A stretch of 64,000 nucleotides of DNA from Candidatus Peribacteria bacterium (lineage in GTDB: Bacteria; Patescibacteriota; Gracilibacteria; Peribacterales; Peribacteraceae): contig JABICL010000030.1 in NCBI GenBank assembly GCA_018652265.1, forward strand, positions 6,818 through 70,817, written 5' to 3'. A program made the position numbers and the translations under genes. Under the pieces are notes generated by a model. It was not told the origin of the DNA. It saw nothing but the letters and a program-made list of their open reading frames with translations, and did no database searches. Below, in pieces: positions 17,507 through 27,082 of this stretch (within the stretch, counting starts at the first letter, position 1; every line of letters begins with the position of its first letter).

Positions 17507-19140
17507 CCTCCTTCCTCTTTCGAATCAGACCTAGCAGACAATATCCTCATATTTGTCATAGGTTCGCCATCTGCAGTAAAGGCTCCTCTTACAGCAGGAA
17601 TCACTGTCTTTATGCCACGTGGAATCATTCTTATAAATGCACGTCCTCTACTATCAAATTGCTCCTGAGTAATTACAGAAGGAGAGAAATCCGCTTCGCC
17701 AAATGAAGCCTGCAAATGAATTTCTCCTTCAAATTTTACATTCTTTATAAAGTTTCCATCTTCATCTCTTGCATAAAGAACTATCTCTTCCCAATCTTTA
17801 TCGAAATCACCATCGTGAAGAATCGTAATACTAGAAACAACGTGTGAAACCTTTGGCATTTGCATATCGGTTTCGGCAGTAGAGCGTGATTCTGCAATTT
17901 CTGATTCATCTTCCCCTGCCCCGCGAAGTTCGTCCGCCACGGCGGACGACGAAGTGGGGTCTACAACTTCTATAACCTCCTTGTCTTCTATTGCCTCTTC
18001 CTCCGGCTCTATAAACAACTCCGAATCTACATTCGAATCCACCACCTCCACAACTTCGCTCACAATTACCTGCTCTTTATTACTTCTTCTTCTCGCAATT
18101 CTTGCGGCAACATTTTCGCGTAATTTTTCTATAAATGTCTTTCCAGAAAGAACTACAGAAGCAGTTATTTCTTCTGAAGATAACTCTTCTTGTTTTTCTG
18201 ATTTTACAATTGCCATACCATTCTCCATTCCCCAATCTCTATAATTTTCGATGTAAGCCAAAGGATTAATTGTATATTGCTCTGCCCTATCTTTTCCTAA
18301 TCCATTATCTACTGCCTCTATAAAACTAAGCCCTGCTTCAGTAGCTTCTGAAGTTGTAAATGGCCAATAGGGATGGAAAGGAGCCTCTCTATCTATCTGG
18401 AAATGTAGATGTGGTGCAGTTGCAAATCCAGTCTGTCCAGTAAGAGCAATTTGCTGTCCTTTTTGAACAATTTCACCAATGCTCACATACATTTTTCCTA
18501 AGTGAGCATAATTCGAATATAGAACTTCTGTCTTATCTGGATCATCTACGTTTGGAACACCTGGATGTTTTATAACCACGGTATTACCAAAACCATATCC
18601 TCTTTCTACAACTCTTGTTACTACTCCATTCATTACAGATACAACTGGAGTTCCTTTGGGAGTAAGAAGATCTGCAGCAGGATGACTACCACAATTAAGT
18701 CCACCAGAATCATAATCACCATTGTAATCAACAGATAAAATACTTCTATTGTGACCTGCATCATCTCCACATCCACGTGCAGGGAGATAAGAAGGAAGTG
18801 ATACAAGTAATTCTTCCGGAACATCTGTGAAATCAAAATTTCGATTTCCACCTCCCCATCTACCAGGATCAGGCACTACAGGAAGTGGTGACACCGCTCC
18901 AGTAAATACTATTTCTGCCTCTTGTCCCCAAACAGATTTCCAGAATGCTCCCCATCCATGCTGTCCAACCATGTTTCCTACCAGAAATGCAGCACAGGAA
19001 AAAAGGGCCAACCAAAAAGACCATCTCTTGCTAAGGAATCCCTTCATAGACTCCGTAGGTTGCCTGTATAGTGCAGAAACTGAATAGTGATGAGCGTCAA
19101 ACATTTTTGTTTTTGTTACTATATAATATACCATAATCAT
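17503..19140 (-). CDS. M23 (LytM-type) metallopeptidase with N-terminal anchor and long C-terminal extension
   Basis: GYGFGNTVVIKH ... YAHLG ... APHLHFQI motifs; start uncertain (M1, M13 or M32). Confidence 0.85.
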   Translation of the reverse strand: MIMVYYIVTKTKMFDAHHYSVSALYRQPTESMKGFLSKRWSFWLALFSCAAFLVGNMVGQHGWGAFWKSVWGQEAEIVFTGAVSPLPVVPDPGRWGGGNRNFDFTDVPEELLVSLPSYLPARGCGDDAGHNRSILSVDYNGDYDSGGLNCGSHPAADLLTPKGTPVVSVMNGVVTRVVERGYGFGNTVVIKHPGVPNVDDPDKTEVLYSNYAHLGKMYVSIGEIVQKGQQIALTGQTGFATAPHLHFQIDREAPFHPYWPFTTSEATEAGLSFIEAVDNGLGKDRAEQYTINPLAYIENYRDWGMENGMAIVKSEKQEELSSEEITASVVLSGKTFIEKLRENVAARIARRRSNKEQVIVSEVVEVVDSNVDSELFIEPEEEAIEDKEVIEVVDPTSSSAVADELRGAGEDESEIAESRSTAETDMQMPKVSHVVSSITILHDGDFDKDWEEIVLYARDEDGNFIKNVKFEGEIHLQASFGEADFSPSVITQEQFDSRGRAFIRMIPRGIKTVIPAVRGAFTADGEPMTNMRILSARSDSKEEGG

Positions 19141-20230
19141 GCAATTTGGTCAATCACCAGAAATCGTAAATTTGGCTTCTACAAGCGAAATGGAGACGAT
19201 TTGCATCGGAAAATCGCTCGCAAGCAGCATCTATCAAAATAACACCACAATGTGGCTGTATGGGGACCTAGGAGCTGGGAAAACCACCTTCGTAAAGGGT
19301 CTTGCAGAAGGCTTAGGCATTTCTGATCCAATCACTAGTCCAACCTATGCCTTGGAGAATAGATATGGTTCGACAAGCTCACCAGAGCCTAATAATAAAT
19401 TACTACACGCAGACCTATATAGGCTTAGCTCGTCTGATGCTAAAAAATTCGTAGAAGAAACTGAAGAGTTTCCTGGCGTTAGAGTTGTGGAGTGGAGTGA
19501 AAGACTTTCCTCGTCCGAGCTCTCCTCGACCGAGCGCCAAAGCGCGAGTGGAGAGACAACCTCTCGATTCGTCCTTCGACAAGCTCAGGACTCACTCGAG
19601 GAAAGCACGATGAATAGCAAATCAATACATATAGAATTTGAAGAAATCTCTGAAACAAAACGTAATATAAAAATTACCTTCAACGATGCAAAAATCCCCT
19701 CTCGCAAGCAAATAGAAGAATGGAGAGATGATGTGAAACTTCCAGAGCATATCTGCGCTCACAGTGATGCTGTAGGAAAATTTGCTGAAGAACTTGGGCT
19801 TAAGCTTCTAAAAAAAGGAATAGTAAATCGTCCCCTACTTCTTAAGGCCGCCGGAGAAGCACATGATTTACTTAGATTTGTAGATATAGATTCATCAGAT
19901 AAAGAAGATGTTTGGAAAAAATTGGGAGAAAAATATCCCGGTCGCCACGAAGAAGCATGTGCTAATTTTCTAGAAGATGAAGGCTACAGCGAACTCTCAT
20001 CTGTCATCCGTCCACATAGCCTTCTATCACTTGATGATCCAAATGCATTCTCTACTGTGGAACAAAAAATTCTTTTCTATGCAGACAAAAGAGTACTTGG
20101 AGAAAAAGTTGTTAGCTTAGACGAAAGATTCGATGACTTTATTGTTCGTTACGGAAAAGGAGTGGAATCCGAGGATGCTAAGAGGTGGAGGAAGATTACG
20201 AAGGAGATGGAGAAGGAATTTATTTTCTAA
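19139..20230 (+). CDS. tsaE: TsaE (t6A ATPase) fused to an HD-domain phosphohydrolase
   Basis: GDLGAGKTTFVKGL P-loop, VVEWSE; C-terminal H..HD pattern (HSDAVG, EAHDLLRF); repeat C copy 1 sits in-frame in the TsaE part. Confidence 0.8.
   Translation: MQFGQSPEIVNLASTSEMETICIGKSLASSIYQNNTTMWLYGDLGAGKTTFVKGLAEGLGISDPITSPTYALENRYGSTSSPEPNNKLLHADLYRLSSSDAKKFVEETEEFPGVRVVEWSERLSSSELSSTERQSASGETTSRFVLRQAQDSLEESTMNSKSIHIEFEEISETKRNIKITFNDAKIPSRKQIEEWRDDVKLPEHICAHSDAVGKFAEELGLKLLKKGIVNRPLLLKAAGEAHDLLRFVDIDSSDKEDVWKKLGEKYPGRHEEACANFLEDEGYSELSSVIRPHSLLSLDDPNAFSTVEQKILFYADKRVLGEKVVSLDERFDDFIVRYGKGVESEDAKRWRKITKEMEKEFIF
19505..19605 (+). repeat. Repeat family C, copy 1 (in-frame in tsaE)
   Basis: 101 bp with perfect 9-bp terminal inverted repeat CTTTCCTCG/CGAGGAAAG; modules GCTCTCCTCGACCGAG, CGAGTGGAGAG, GTCCTTCGACAAGCTCAGGA; encodes LSSSELSSTERQSASGETTSRFVLRQAQDSLEES. 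Confidence 0.9.
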
Positions 20231-20552
20231 CATATCTAAGAGTATTCCCTCTTCTTAAATATATAAGAGATAAACTGTCTTCTGTAAGTTCTGAAATCGA
20301 GTATTTGAAATCCTCGTCATCCCCAGACACAATCAAGTATATCTCGTTCACAAAACTTTCGACCACAAAAGGTGCAGAGGAAATTAATTCCTCATCATAG
20401 ATATCTTTTTTCACATCACCCTCGAAAACTATCTTGCTACTGCTATCATCAGTGGAAATCCATTCTCCTTGAATGAGGTCAGATAAATTTTGATTGTCTG
20501 ATGTACAACCGATTGCCAATAAACAAAATATTAATATAAAAATTCTCTTCAT
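20220..20552 (-). CDS. Small lipoprotein
   Basis: 110 aa; lipobox LLAIGC at residues 11-16. Confidence 0.6.
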   Translation of the reverse strand: MKRIFILIFCLLAIGCTSDNQNLSDLIQGEWISTDDSSSKIVFEGDVKKDIYDEELISSAPFVVESFVNEIYLIVSGDDEDFKYSISELTEDSLSLIYLRRGNTLRYVRK

Positions 20553-20602
20553 GAAGAGAGTGTATCATCAATTTTAATAACCAAAACTGATATACTAAAA
20601 TC

Positions 20603-21214
20603 ATGCCCACAGCAGATGACATTTATATACACTGCGATGAGCTAGATAATATTCCTCCAATCTGTAAGAAGAATTGGGAGTTTGAAATCTCTCTGCTTGC
20701 GACAAAGCTAAAGCCGAATGCAAAGGTATTACAAGTTGGTTGTATGGATGGGACAAGAATTATTGCACTACTAAATACTAGACCAGATCTCGATATAACC
20801 GGGTTAGATATCGAGCAGAGCATGGTGGATAGCTGTAATGCTAATCTGGAGAAAGTTGGGAAGAAAGCCACTGTGATTCTGGGAGATATCACAAAACCAG
20901 TTCCAGTATCTGATTTTGATTATGTAATTTGTCTAAACAACACACTTGGATATATCCCCGATCAAGAAGCATCACTTAAGAATATGAAAAACTTAGGAGA
21001 AAAAGTAATCATCTCAGTATTTGGAGAAGGATTTGATGATGAAATTTCAAAATCATATTTCACATCTATCGGACTTACAGTTCAGTCTATAGATGGAGAT
21101 ATGTTTGTGATGGATGATTTCGTAAATGTACTTAGATATTCAAAAGATGTTGTAGACAACTGGGATGGGAAAATAACATACACTCCGCTTGGGTATTTTT
21201 GTGAGATTGGATAA
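20603..21214 (+). CDS. Class I SAM-dependent methyltransferase
   Basis: Motif I VLQVGCMDG; TATACT 6 nt upstream of ATG. Confidence 0.75.
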   Translation: MPTADDIYIHCDELDNIPPICKKNWEFEISLLATKLKPNAKVLQVGCMDGTRIIALLNTRPDLDITGLDIEQSMVDSCNANLEKVGKKATVILGDITKPVPVSDFDYVICLNNTLGYIPDQEASLKNMKNLGEKVIISVFGEGFDDEISKSYFTSIGLTVQSIDGDMFVMDDFVNVLRYSKDVVDNWDGKITYTPLGYFCEIG

Positions 21215-21221
21215 GCATTAA

Positions 21222-21476
21222 CTACTTCCATTCTCCATTTATTAGCTTCTCTTTCTTTTCTCTAGTCCATTTCTTGATTTGCAACTCTCTTTTTCTTGCT
21301 TCAGATTTTCCAATAAATGCATCTGAGGCATAAACAAGTTCAAAGGGCCCCTGATTAATTGCAAATCTAGAACCTTTTCCTGAGTTATGTTCTCTCATGC
21401 GCTCTTCTGCATTCGTTGTAATGCCAACATAATATCTTCCAGTATTTGCACGAGCTATGTAAACAAACCATGCCAT
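21222..21476 (-). CDS. GIY-YIG nuclease family protein (small, UPF0213-like)
   Basis: 84 aa; FVYI..GRYYVGITTN..R..EHN pattern; TATGAT 8 nt upstream of ATG. Confidence 0.85.
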   Translation of the reverse strand: MAWFVYIARANTGRYYVGITTNAEERMREHNSGKGSRFAINQGPFELVYASDAFIGKSEARKRELQIKKWTREKKEKLINGEWK

Positions 21477-21513
21477 GATAAGTAATCATAACATCTTTTG
21501 TGATCTTTCTATT

Positions 21514-21626
21514 GGGCCCTTCGATGCGCTCGCTACGCTCGCTTACTCAGGGTCATTCGATTCTATTGTAAAAAGTCGAATGGTTTACCATGAGTGAGTA
21601 TTTTGCACAGCAAAATACGAATCGAA
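21514..21626 (-). repeat. tRNA-trailer repeat family B, copy 2
   Basis: Directly follows CCA of tRNA-Ile; see copy 1. Confidence 0.85.
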
Positions 21627-21703
21627 TGGTGGGCGATGGAGGACTTGAACCTCCGACCTCGACATTATCAGTGTCGCGCTCTAACCAGCTGAGCTAATCG
21701 CCC
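21627..21703 (-). tRNA. tRNA-Ile (anticodon GAT), CCA encoded
   Basis: GGGCGAT acceptor, anticodon loop CTGATAA, T-loop TTCAAGT. Confidence 0.9.
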
Positions 21704-21851
21704 TTAATGTAAATGATATACGATTCTGTGCTTCCTGTATTCTACGATGCGAAGATGGAAGCTGCCTGCCGGCCTTAATCCATGAAATACTACGAAAAAC
21801 AGAGCAAAAAAGCTACATGTTTTGTGGATAATATTGGAGTATAATCCAATT

Positions 21852-22106
21852 ATGGATAAAAAAGTCCTCCACAATAAGCTTAATTTCACAGTTATATGTC
21901 AACCAGCAAAAGAAGGTGGATACACTGTCCATGTGCCTGCACTGCCAGGATGTCACACACAAGGAGAAACAATGGAGGAAGCTGAAAAAAATGCAAAGGA
22001 AGCAATCGAGTGTCACTTGCTTGCCATGAAAAAGATGGGAGAAGCAGTTCCAGAAGAACAAGTTGGTGCAAAAATATTCACAATAGAACTAAACTTGGAA
22101 GACTAA
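21852..22106 (+). CDS. hicB: HicB-family antitoxin
   Basis: YTVHVPALPGCHTQGETMEEA.. (UPF0150/HicB fold); TATAAT 6 nt upstream of ATG 21852; stop overlaps hicA start (TAATG). Confidence 0.8.
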   Translation: MDKKVLHNKLNFTVICQPAKEGGYTVHVPALPGCHTQGETMEEAEKNAKEAIECHLLAMKKMGEAVPEEQVGAKIFTIELNLED

Positions 22107-22327
22107 TGAGGTTACCAACTCTGAAACCATCAGAATTAATAAAAGCTCTCAAAAAAGCTGGATTCGAAGAGCTGCGCCAATCAGGAAGTCATCTTTCTCT
22201 TGGGAACAGAAATAATGGCAAAATTGTAACTGTGCCAATACACAATAGAGATCTAAAACGAGGACTACTTTTTAGTATAATTAAAGATGCTGGAATATCT
22301 CAGGAAGATTTAGCTAAACTCCTATAG
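22106..22327 (+). CDS. hicA: HicA-family mRNA interferase toxin
   Basis: 73 aa; KALKKAGFEELRQSGSHLSL.. pattern. Confidence 0.8.
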   Translation: MRLPTLKPSELIKALKKAGFEELRQSGSHLSLGNRNNGKIVTVPIHNRDLKRGLLFSIIKDAGISQEDLAKLL

Positions 22328-22333
22328 AAACAT

Positions 22334-23674
22334 TTAATACTTCTCAAAATAAGTATCTATCTCCCAGTCACTTACCTGAACTCTATACCCCTCACATTCA
22401 GCTTTCTTCGCCCGCATGAATGATTCGTAAGTATGAGGACCTAGAGCATCTCTTATAACCATATCACTTTCTAATTGTTTAAGTGCTTCATCTAGAGACT
22501 GAGGCAAAACATCAAATCCTTTTTTCTTAGCTTCATCTACAGAAAGCTCATATAGGTTCTCTTCTACAGGATCAGGTGTATACATTCTCTTTTCTATTCC
22601 ATCGAGGCCAGCAGCTAACATTACTGCAAATGCGAGATATGGATTTGCACTAGGATCTGGACAACGAAGCTCAAAGCGAGTTGCCTTTTCTCTTCCTGGT
22701 GCATAACGAGGAACACGTATAAGAGTGGAGCGATTTTTCTGTCCCCATGCGATAAATACAGGAGCTTCATATCCTGCAACTAACCTCTTATATGAATTGA
22801 CCAGAGGATTAGTGATCGCACATATAGCTTTTATATGTTTTAGCTGTCCTGCCATAAACCATTTGGCAGTTTGAGATAGTTTGTATGCATCATTTGGATC
22901 ATAAAAAATTGGAGCCTCTCCATCGAACAAACTTTGATGAACATGCATTCCGGATCCATTTATACCTTCTATAGGTTTAGGCATAAATGTTCCATATAAG
23001 TTATGTTTGTCTGCAATAGATTTGATTGTTAGCTTCATGGTCGTAGCTGCATCTGCAGTAGCAAGCGCATCTGCATATTTGAAAGCTATTTCGTGCTGCG
23101 CTGGAGCTACTTCATGATGAAGTGCCTCCACATCCAATCCAAAATCATCCAAGGCTAAAGCTATTTCTTTCCTTATACTCGTTGCCTTATCTGTTGTCTG
23201 ATCAAAATATCCGGCTGAATCATGAGGTATAGGTAGCAACTCTCCATTATCCCCTTTTTCGAACAAGAAGAATTCTAATTCTGGACCAACAAAGTATTTA
23301 TGTCCCATTTTTGCTGCTCGTTCCATTTGTTTTTTTAGTATATATCTTGGATCACCTGCAAAAGGCTGTCCATCTGGCATAAAAACATCACATATAAATC
23401 TAGCAACAACTATTCCATTTTCTTTTGTCCATGGAATTATTGCGAATGTATTTAAATCCAATTTCAGAAACATATCGCTTTCACAGATTCTCGTGAAACC
23501 CTCTACAGAAGATCCATCGAACCAAACATTATGATTTATAGCATCTTCTAGCTTGCTCACAGGAATTGTGACCGCCTTCAAATTTCCACAGATATCTGTG
23601 AATTGGAGACGAATAAATTGGACGTTTTCTCTTCGGACTGTTTCTAGTATTTGTTCTTTTGATTTGGGCTGCAT
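22334..23674 (-). CDS. glnA: Glutamine synthetase type I
   Basis: 446 aa full length; GSGMHVHQSLF, NPYLAFA motifs. Confidence 0.95.
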   Translation of the reverse strand: MQPKSKEQILETVRRENVQFIRLQFTDICGNLKAVTIPVSKLEDAINHNVWFDGSSVEGFTRICESDMFLKLDLNTFAIIPWTKENGIVVARFICDVFMPDGQPFAGDPRYILKKQMERAAKMGHKYFVGPELEFFLFEKGDNGELLPIPHDSAGYFDQTTDKATSIRKEIALALDDFGLDVEALHHEVAPAQHEIAFKYADALATADAATTMKLTIKSIADKHNLYGTFMPKPIEGINGSGMHVHQSLFDGEAPIFYDPNDAYKLSQTAKWFMAGQLKHIKAICAITNPLVNSYKRLVAGYEAPVFIAWGQKNRSTLIRVPRYAPGREKATRFELRCPDPSANPYLAFAVMLAAGLDGIEKRMYTPDPVEENLYELSVDEAKKKGFDVLPQSLDEALKQLESDMVIRDALGPHTYESFMRAKKAECEGYRVQVSDWEIDTYFEKY

Positions 23675-23725
23675 AGATGGAGACTAAAGAAGTAGCTCAC
23701 GTCTTGCAACAAAAAAGCGAAATTT

Positions 23726-25336
23726 GTGCATATGGAAGCAAAGACCCCATTTGAAGGAAGTAAATTAAACCGGTATCATCCGTTAGACATGTCATTTAGT
23801 ATTCGACACTTACATCAAGAGGATAAGAAGAGCGCTAAAAATATATTCAAAAACGTTAAAAAAACATTTCCATGGAAAATGGTTTTTGGATTTGCTTTTA
23901 CAGTAGGTAAGCCACTTTTTGAACTTGGCCTCAGATTGCATGAAAGACAACAAAAAAGAGCACGCTTCAAAAGAATGATATCTATAGGAATATCTATAGT
24001 GGTAGTAATAGCTATAACACTCATAACATTTTCTCTTATAGTAAAAATTGGCGGGGCTTCTTTTGGAACGTTTACAAAAATGTCTGCCATGCCAACAGGA
24101 TCAAATGATAGTGGCATTACGAATATGCTTGTTCTAGGACAAGGAGATGAAAAAGGAATAGATCTCACAGACTCAATAATGGTTGTAAGTATCGATCCAG
24201 AAAAAACCGAAAGTATAATGGCTCTTTCTCTTCCTCGTGATCTTTACTTCTTGCATACAGACTCTATGGAGACAGAGAAAGGCAAGCTTAATCTTCTCTG
24301 GAGAGATAACAGAATACTTATAGGGCAAAATCAGGGATTGGATAAAGAGGAGGCATCTATGCTTTCTATGAGACAGCTCGCAGACGAGATAGGGAATGCT
24401 TTAAACATAGAAATACATCACACAGTAAAAATAGACTTCGAAGCATTTGAAAAGGTAGTAGATACAATAGGAGGCTTAGATGTAGAGGTCGCAGAAGAGA
24501 TTCATGACGAAGAATATCCAGATGAGAATTATGGATATCAAATATTTCATCTAGATGCAGGGCAGCAACACATAGATGGAGCAACAGCCCTTAAATATGT
24601 GCGTACCAGATCAACAACAAGTGATTTTGATAGATCTAGAAGACAACAACAAGTTATGAGTGCAGCAATTGCTCGTGCAAAAGAATCAGGCCTTCTAAAA
24701 AAACCACACAAACTACTAGAGCTGTATTCCATATTATCTGCGCACATAGAAACAGATTTAAAAACCAGACAGATGGTATATCTTGCAAATTTAGCAAGAG
24801 ACTTAAACAGAGACAATTTTGTCACGTTGCAGCTTAATAATGTAAATGGACTATACGGAGATCAATTATTCAAAGGAGGACTTCTTTATGCTCCACCTAG
24901 AAATTTATTCGAAGGAGATTCAGTATTATTACCAGTTTCTATTCCTGAATTTCCTGTTACCTGGAAACAAGTTCAATTTCTTTCTAAATTATTTTTCACA
25001 GAAAGAAATCCTCATATAGCATCACCATCATTTACCGTTTTAAATGGAGGTGCTCCAGAAAAATCTGCAGGAAAAGTTGCTAGAGAATTTAAGAAATTTG
25101 GATTCGATTTGGCAGTTGTATCAAATACCCCTCGAAAAGAGGAAGTGACAGAATCCTTCATAAGTGCAAATAATGCCGATTTTGACCCTCAAATAGTGGA
25201 ATATTTCTCTAATTTAATTGGTATTCCAGCCAAAGAATTACCAGATAGCATTCGCGAAAAAGCCGAAGGAGACGTTACAATAGTACTTGGTAAAGATTTT
25301 GAATTTAATTACTTCCAGAATTTCATTCTTCCTTAA
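23726..25336 (+). CDS. LytR-CpsA-Psr (LCP) family protein with C-terminal LytR_C-like domain
   Basis: N-terminal TM; DSIMVVSIDP..LSLPRDLY..ALKYVRTR motifs; start GTG 23726 or ATG 23732. Confidence 0.85.
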   Translation: MHMEAKTPFEGSKLNRYHPLDMSFSIRHLHQEDKKSAKNIFKNVKKTFPWKMVFGFAFTVGKPLFELGLRLHERQQKRARFKRMISIGISIVVVIAITLITFSLIVKIGGASFGTFTKMSAMPTGSNDSGITNMLVLGQGDEKGIDLTDSIMVVSIDPEKTESIMALSLPRDLYFLHTDSMETEKGKLNLLWRDNRILIGQNQGLDKEEASMLSMRQLADEIGNALNIEIHHTVKIDFEAFEKVVDTIGGLDVEVAEEIHDEEYPDENYGYQIFHLDAGQQHIDGATALKYVRTRSTTSDFDRSRRQQQVMSAAIARAKESGLLKKPHKLLELYSILSAHIETDLKTRQMVYLANLARDLNRDNFVTLQLNNVNGLYGDQLFKGGLLYAPPRNLFEGDSVLLPVSIPEFPVTWKQVQFLSKLFFTERNPHIASPSFTVLNGGAPEKSAGKVAREFKKFGFDLAVVSNTPRKEEVTESFISANNADFDPQIVEYFSNLIGIPAKELPDSIREKAEGDVTIVLGKDFEFNYFQNFILP

Positions 25337-25363
25337 TTGTTAATTATTCATTGTTAATTAATT
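25336..25363. repeat. Heptad block ATTRTTN x4 ending 1 nt before an ATG
   Basis: attgtta attattc attgtta attaatt, then t-ATG (25365). Confidence 0.8.
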
Positions 25364-25364
25364 T

Positions 25365-26402
25365 ATGACTCCTAGAGAAATAATTGCCGAATCATGGCTA
25401 ATTACTACAAAGCACAAAAACAAGCTGCTTTTCTGGGGAGCTCTTGATGCATTTATACTAATGGTATCAGCAATGATATTTGTAATGTATCAAAGTTATG
25501 TACTTGGTGCATTCTTTCGAGATGGAGAGACTGCATCATGGAAAACAGTAATAGAAGTAATATCAACACCACTACAAGGCAATACTGCAATAATGATCAC
25601 CTTGATAGTGCTAGTAGCAATATATTTGATTTTATGGACTGTGATTCCTAGATTTGCAACTGCAGCGCTTATAGGGTTATCTGCAAAAATTCACTGTGGA
25701 GACGAGCCAAAAGGAGGTGTGGTTCTTGCATTCTTTAACTTCTTTGCACTACTTGAGCTCGCAGCAGCTCTTGGGCTTATAGGAGCCAAAATGCTCTTTT
25801 CTCTGTGGTCTTTGGCAGTTAGATACATGTCTGCAGGTGATGGAAGTGGAATATTCACCTTAAGCGCAATTCTTATAATTCTATGGTGTGTTTCATTTAT
25901 ATTTCATTTTCTCTTCACATTTGCAGAAGAGGCAGTGGTTATTAGAAAGTTTGGAGTATTTAAAGCATTGGGACAGAGTTTTAAATTGGTTCTTTCTTAT
26001 CTAACAAAAGTAATACTTATTGCGGTACTTCTACTCATAATAATTCTTAGGATAGTAGTAAATGCCATAGTGATATTTCTAATACCATCCCTGGTAATGG
26101 GGCTAGGATTTCTATTTATGAGATTTATGCCAGAGGTAGTAAGTTTTGGGATAAGCGGTGGAATAGGACTCCTAATAGTAATTGTCGCAAGCTACTTCTT
26201 GGGATACGTAACAGTATTTAAACATACAGTCTGGACCATTACTTACCTAGAGCTATCCAAAGAAAAAGAATTAGATGTTATAGAGACAGAAGAAATTACA
26301 ACAAAGAATAAAAGGGAAACAGAAGAGATAGAAGATAAAAAAGAAAAAGAAGAAACAAAGGAGTCAGAAGATCCAGAAACAGAGCTAGAAACTAGCAATT
26401 AG
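25365..26402 (+). CDS. Multi-pass membrane protein with acidic C-terminal tail
   Basis: 345 aa, 7-8 hydrophobic segments, E/K-rich tail; no named family. Confidence 0.6.
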   Translation: MTPREIIAESWLITTKHKNKLLFWGALDAFILMVSAMIFVMYQSYVLGAFFRDGETASWKTVIEVISTPLQGNTAIMITLIVLVAIYLILWTVIPRFATAALIGLSAKIHCGDEPKGGVVLAFFNFFALLELAAALGLIGAKMLFSLWSLAVRYMSAGDGSGIFTLSAILIILWCVSFIFHFLFTFAEEAVVIRKFGVFKALGQSFKLVLSYLTKVILIAVLLLIIILRIVVNAIVIFLIPSLVMGLGFLFMRFMPEVVSFGISGGIGLLIVIVASYFLGYVTVFKHTVWTITYLELSKEKELDVIETEEITTKNKRETEEIEDKKEKEETKESEDPETELETSN

Positions 26403-26414
26403 AAACTAGCAACT
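26387..26414. repeat. Heptad block (agaaact agcaatt)x2 spanning a stop codon
   Basis: agaaact agcaatt agaaact agcaact; the TAG stop of 25365..26402 lies inside. Confidence 0.8.
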
Positions 26415-26423
26415 CATATATTG

Positions 26424-26462
26424 TTGACGGTGTACAACCGTGCAGGTATACTCTCGTATACC
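26424..26462 (+). promoter_or_regulatory. lexA promoter with overlapping palindrome (candidate LexA operator)
   Basis: TTGACG (26424-26429) -17 nt- TATACT (26447-26452); perfect palindrome GGTATAC-tctc-GTATACC 26445-26462 ends at the ATG. Confidence 0.6.
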
Positions 26463-27080
26463 ATGTCATCTACAGCTTCACTAACGGATCACCAGAGAAC
26501 GGTGCTTTCATATATAAAAGAATTTCAATCAAAGAGAGGTTATTCCCCTTCTCTCTCTGATCTTGCAATTGCATTTGGAGTAAGAAGTAAAAATGCAGTA
26601 GCAAAAGTTGTTAACGTTCTTGCAAGAGAAGGATTCCTAGAAAAGGATCCAAAAGGAAGAATTAAAATACTTGATAGTGGAAAAAAGGAATCTTCTGTAG
26701 AACCAATGGTACTTCCACTGTTTGGACCTATTGCAGCTGGCTTTGCATCTCCTGCAGAAGAGCAGGCAGAAGAGCAAGTTAAGCTTATGGACATGATGGT
26801 TCGTGATCCATCCCGCACTTTTCTGCTACGCGTAAAAGGAGATAGCATGATCGACGCCGGAATTATGGAAGGAGATTTGGTAGTAGTAGAAAGAGGCAAA
26901 GAACCACGCGTAGGAGATATAGTTGTAGGAATTTTAGACGGCGAATTCACTCTTAAGCGCCTCGCAAAAGATAAAGGTAAGTACTATCTACATGCCGAAA
27001 ACTCGGAATATCCGGATTTATACGCACTAGAGGAGCTTAAGGTTGCTGGAGTAGTTAGAAGTGTCGTTAGAATGCTTTGA
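26463..27080 (+). CDS. lexA: LexA repressor
   Basis: wHTH N-terminus, cleavage site PIAAGF, GDSM (Ser) and LKRL (Lys) dyad; start set to ATG 26463. Confidence 0.9.
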   Translation: MSSTASLTDHQRTVLSYIKEFQSKRGYSPSLSDLAIAFGVRSKNAVAKVVNVLAREGFLEKDPKGRIKILDSGKKESSVEPMVLPLFGPIAAGFASPAEEQAEEQVKLMDMMVRDPSRTFLLRVKGDSMIDAGIMEGDLVVVERGKEPRVGDIVVGILDGEFTLKRLAKDKGKYYLHAENSEYPDLYALEELKVAGVVRSVVRML

Positions 27081-27082
27081 GA

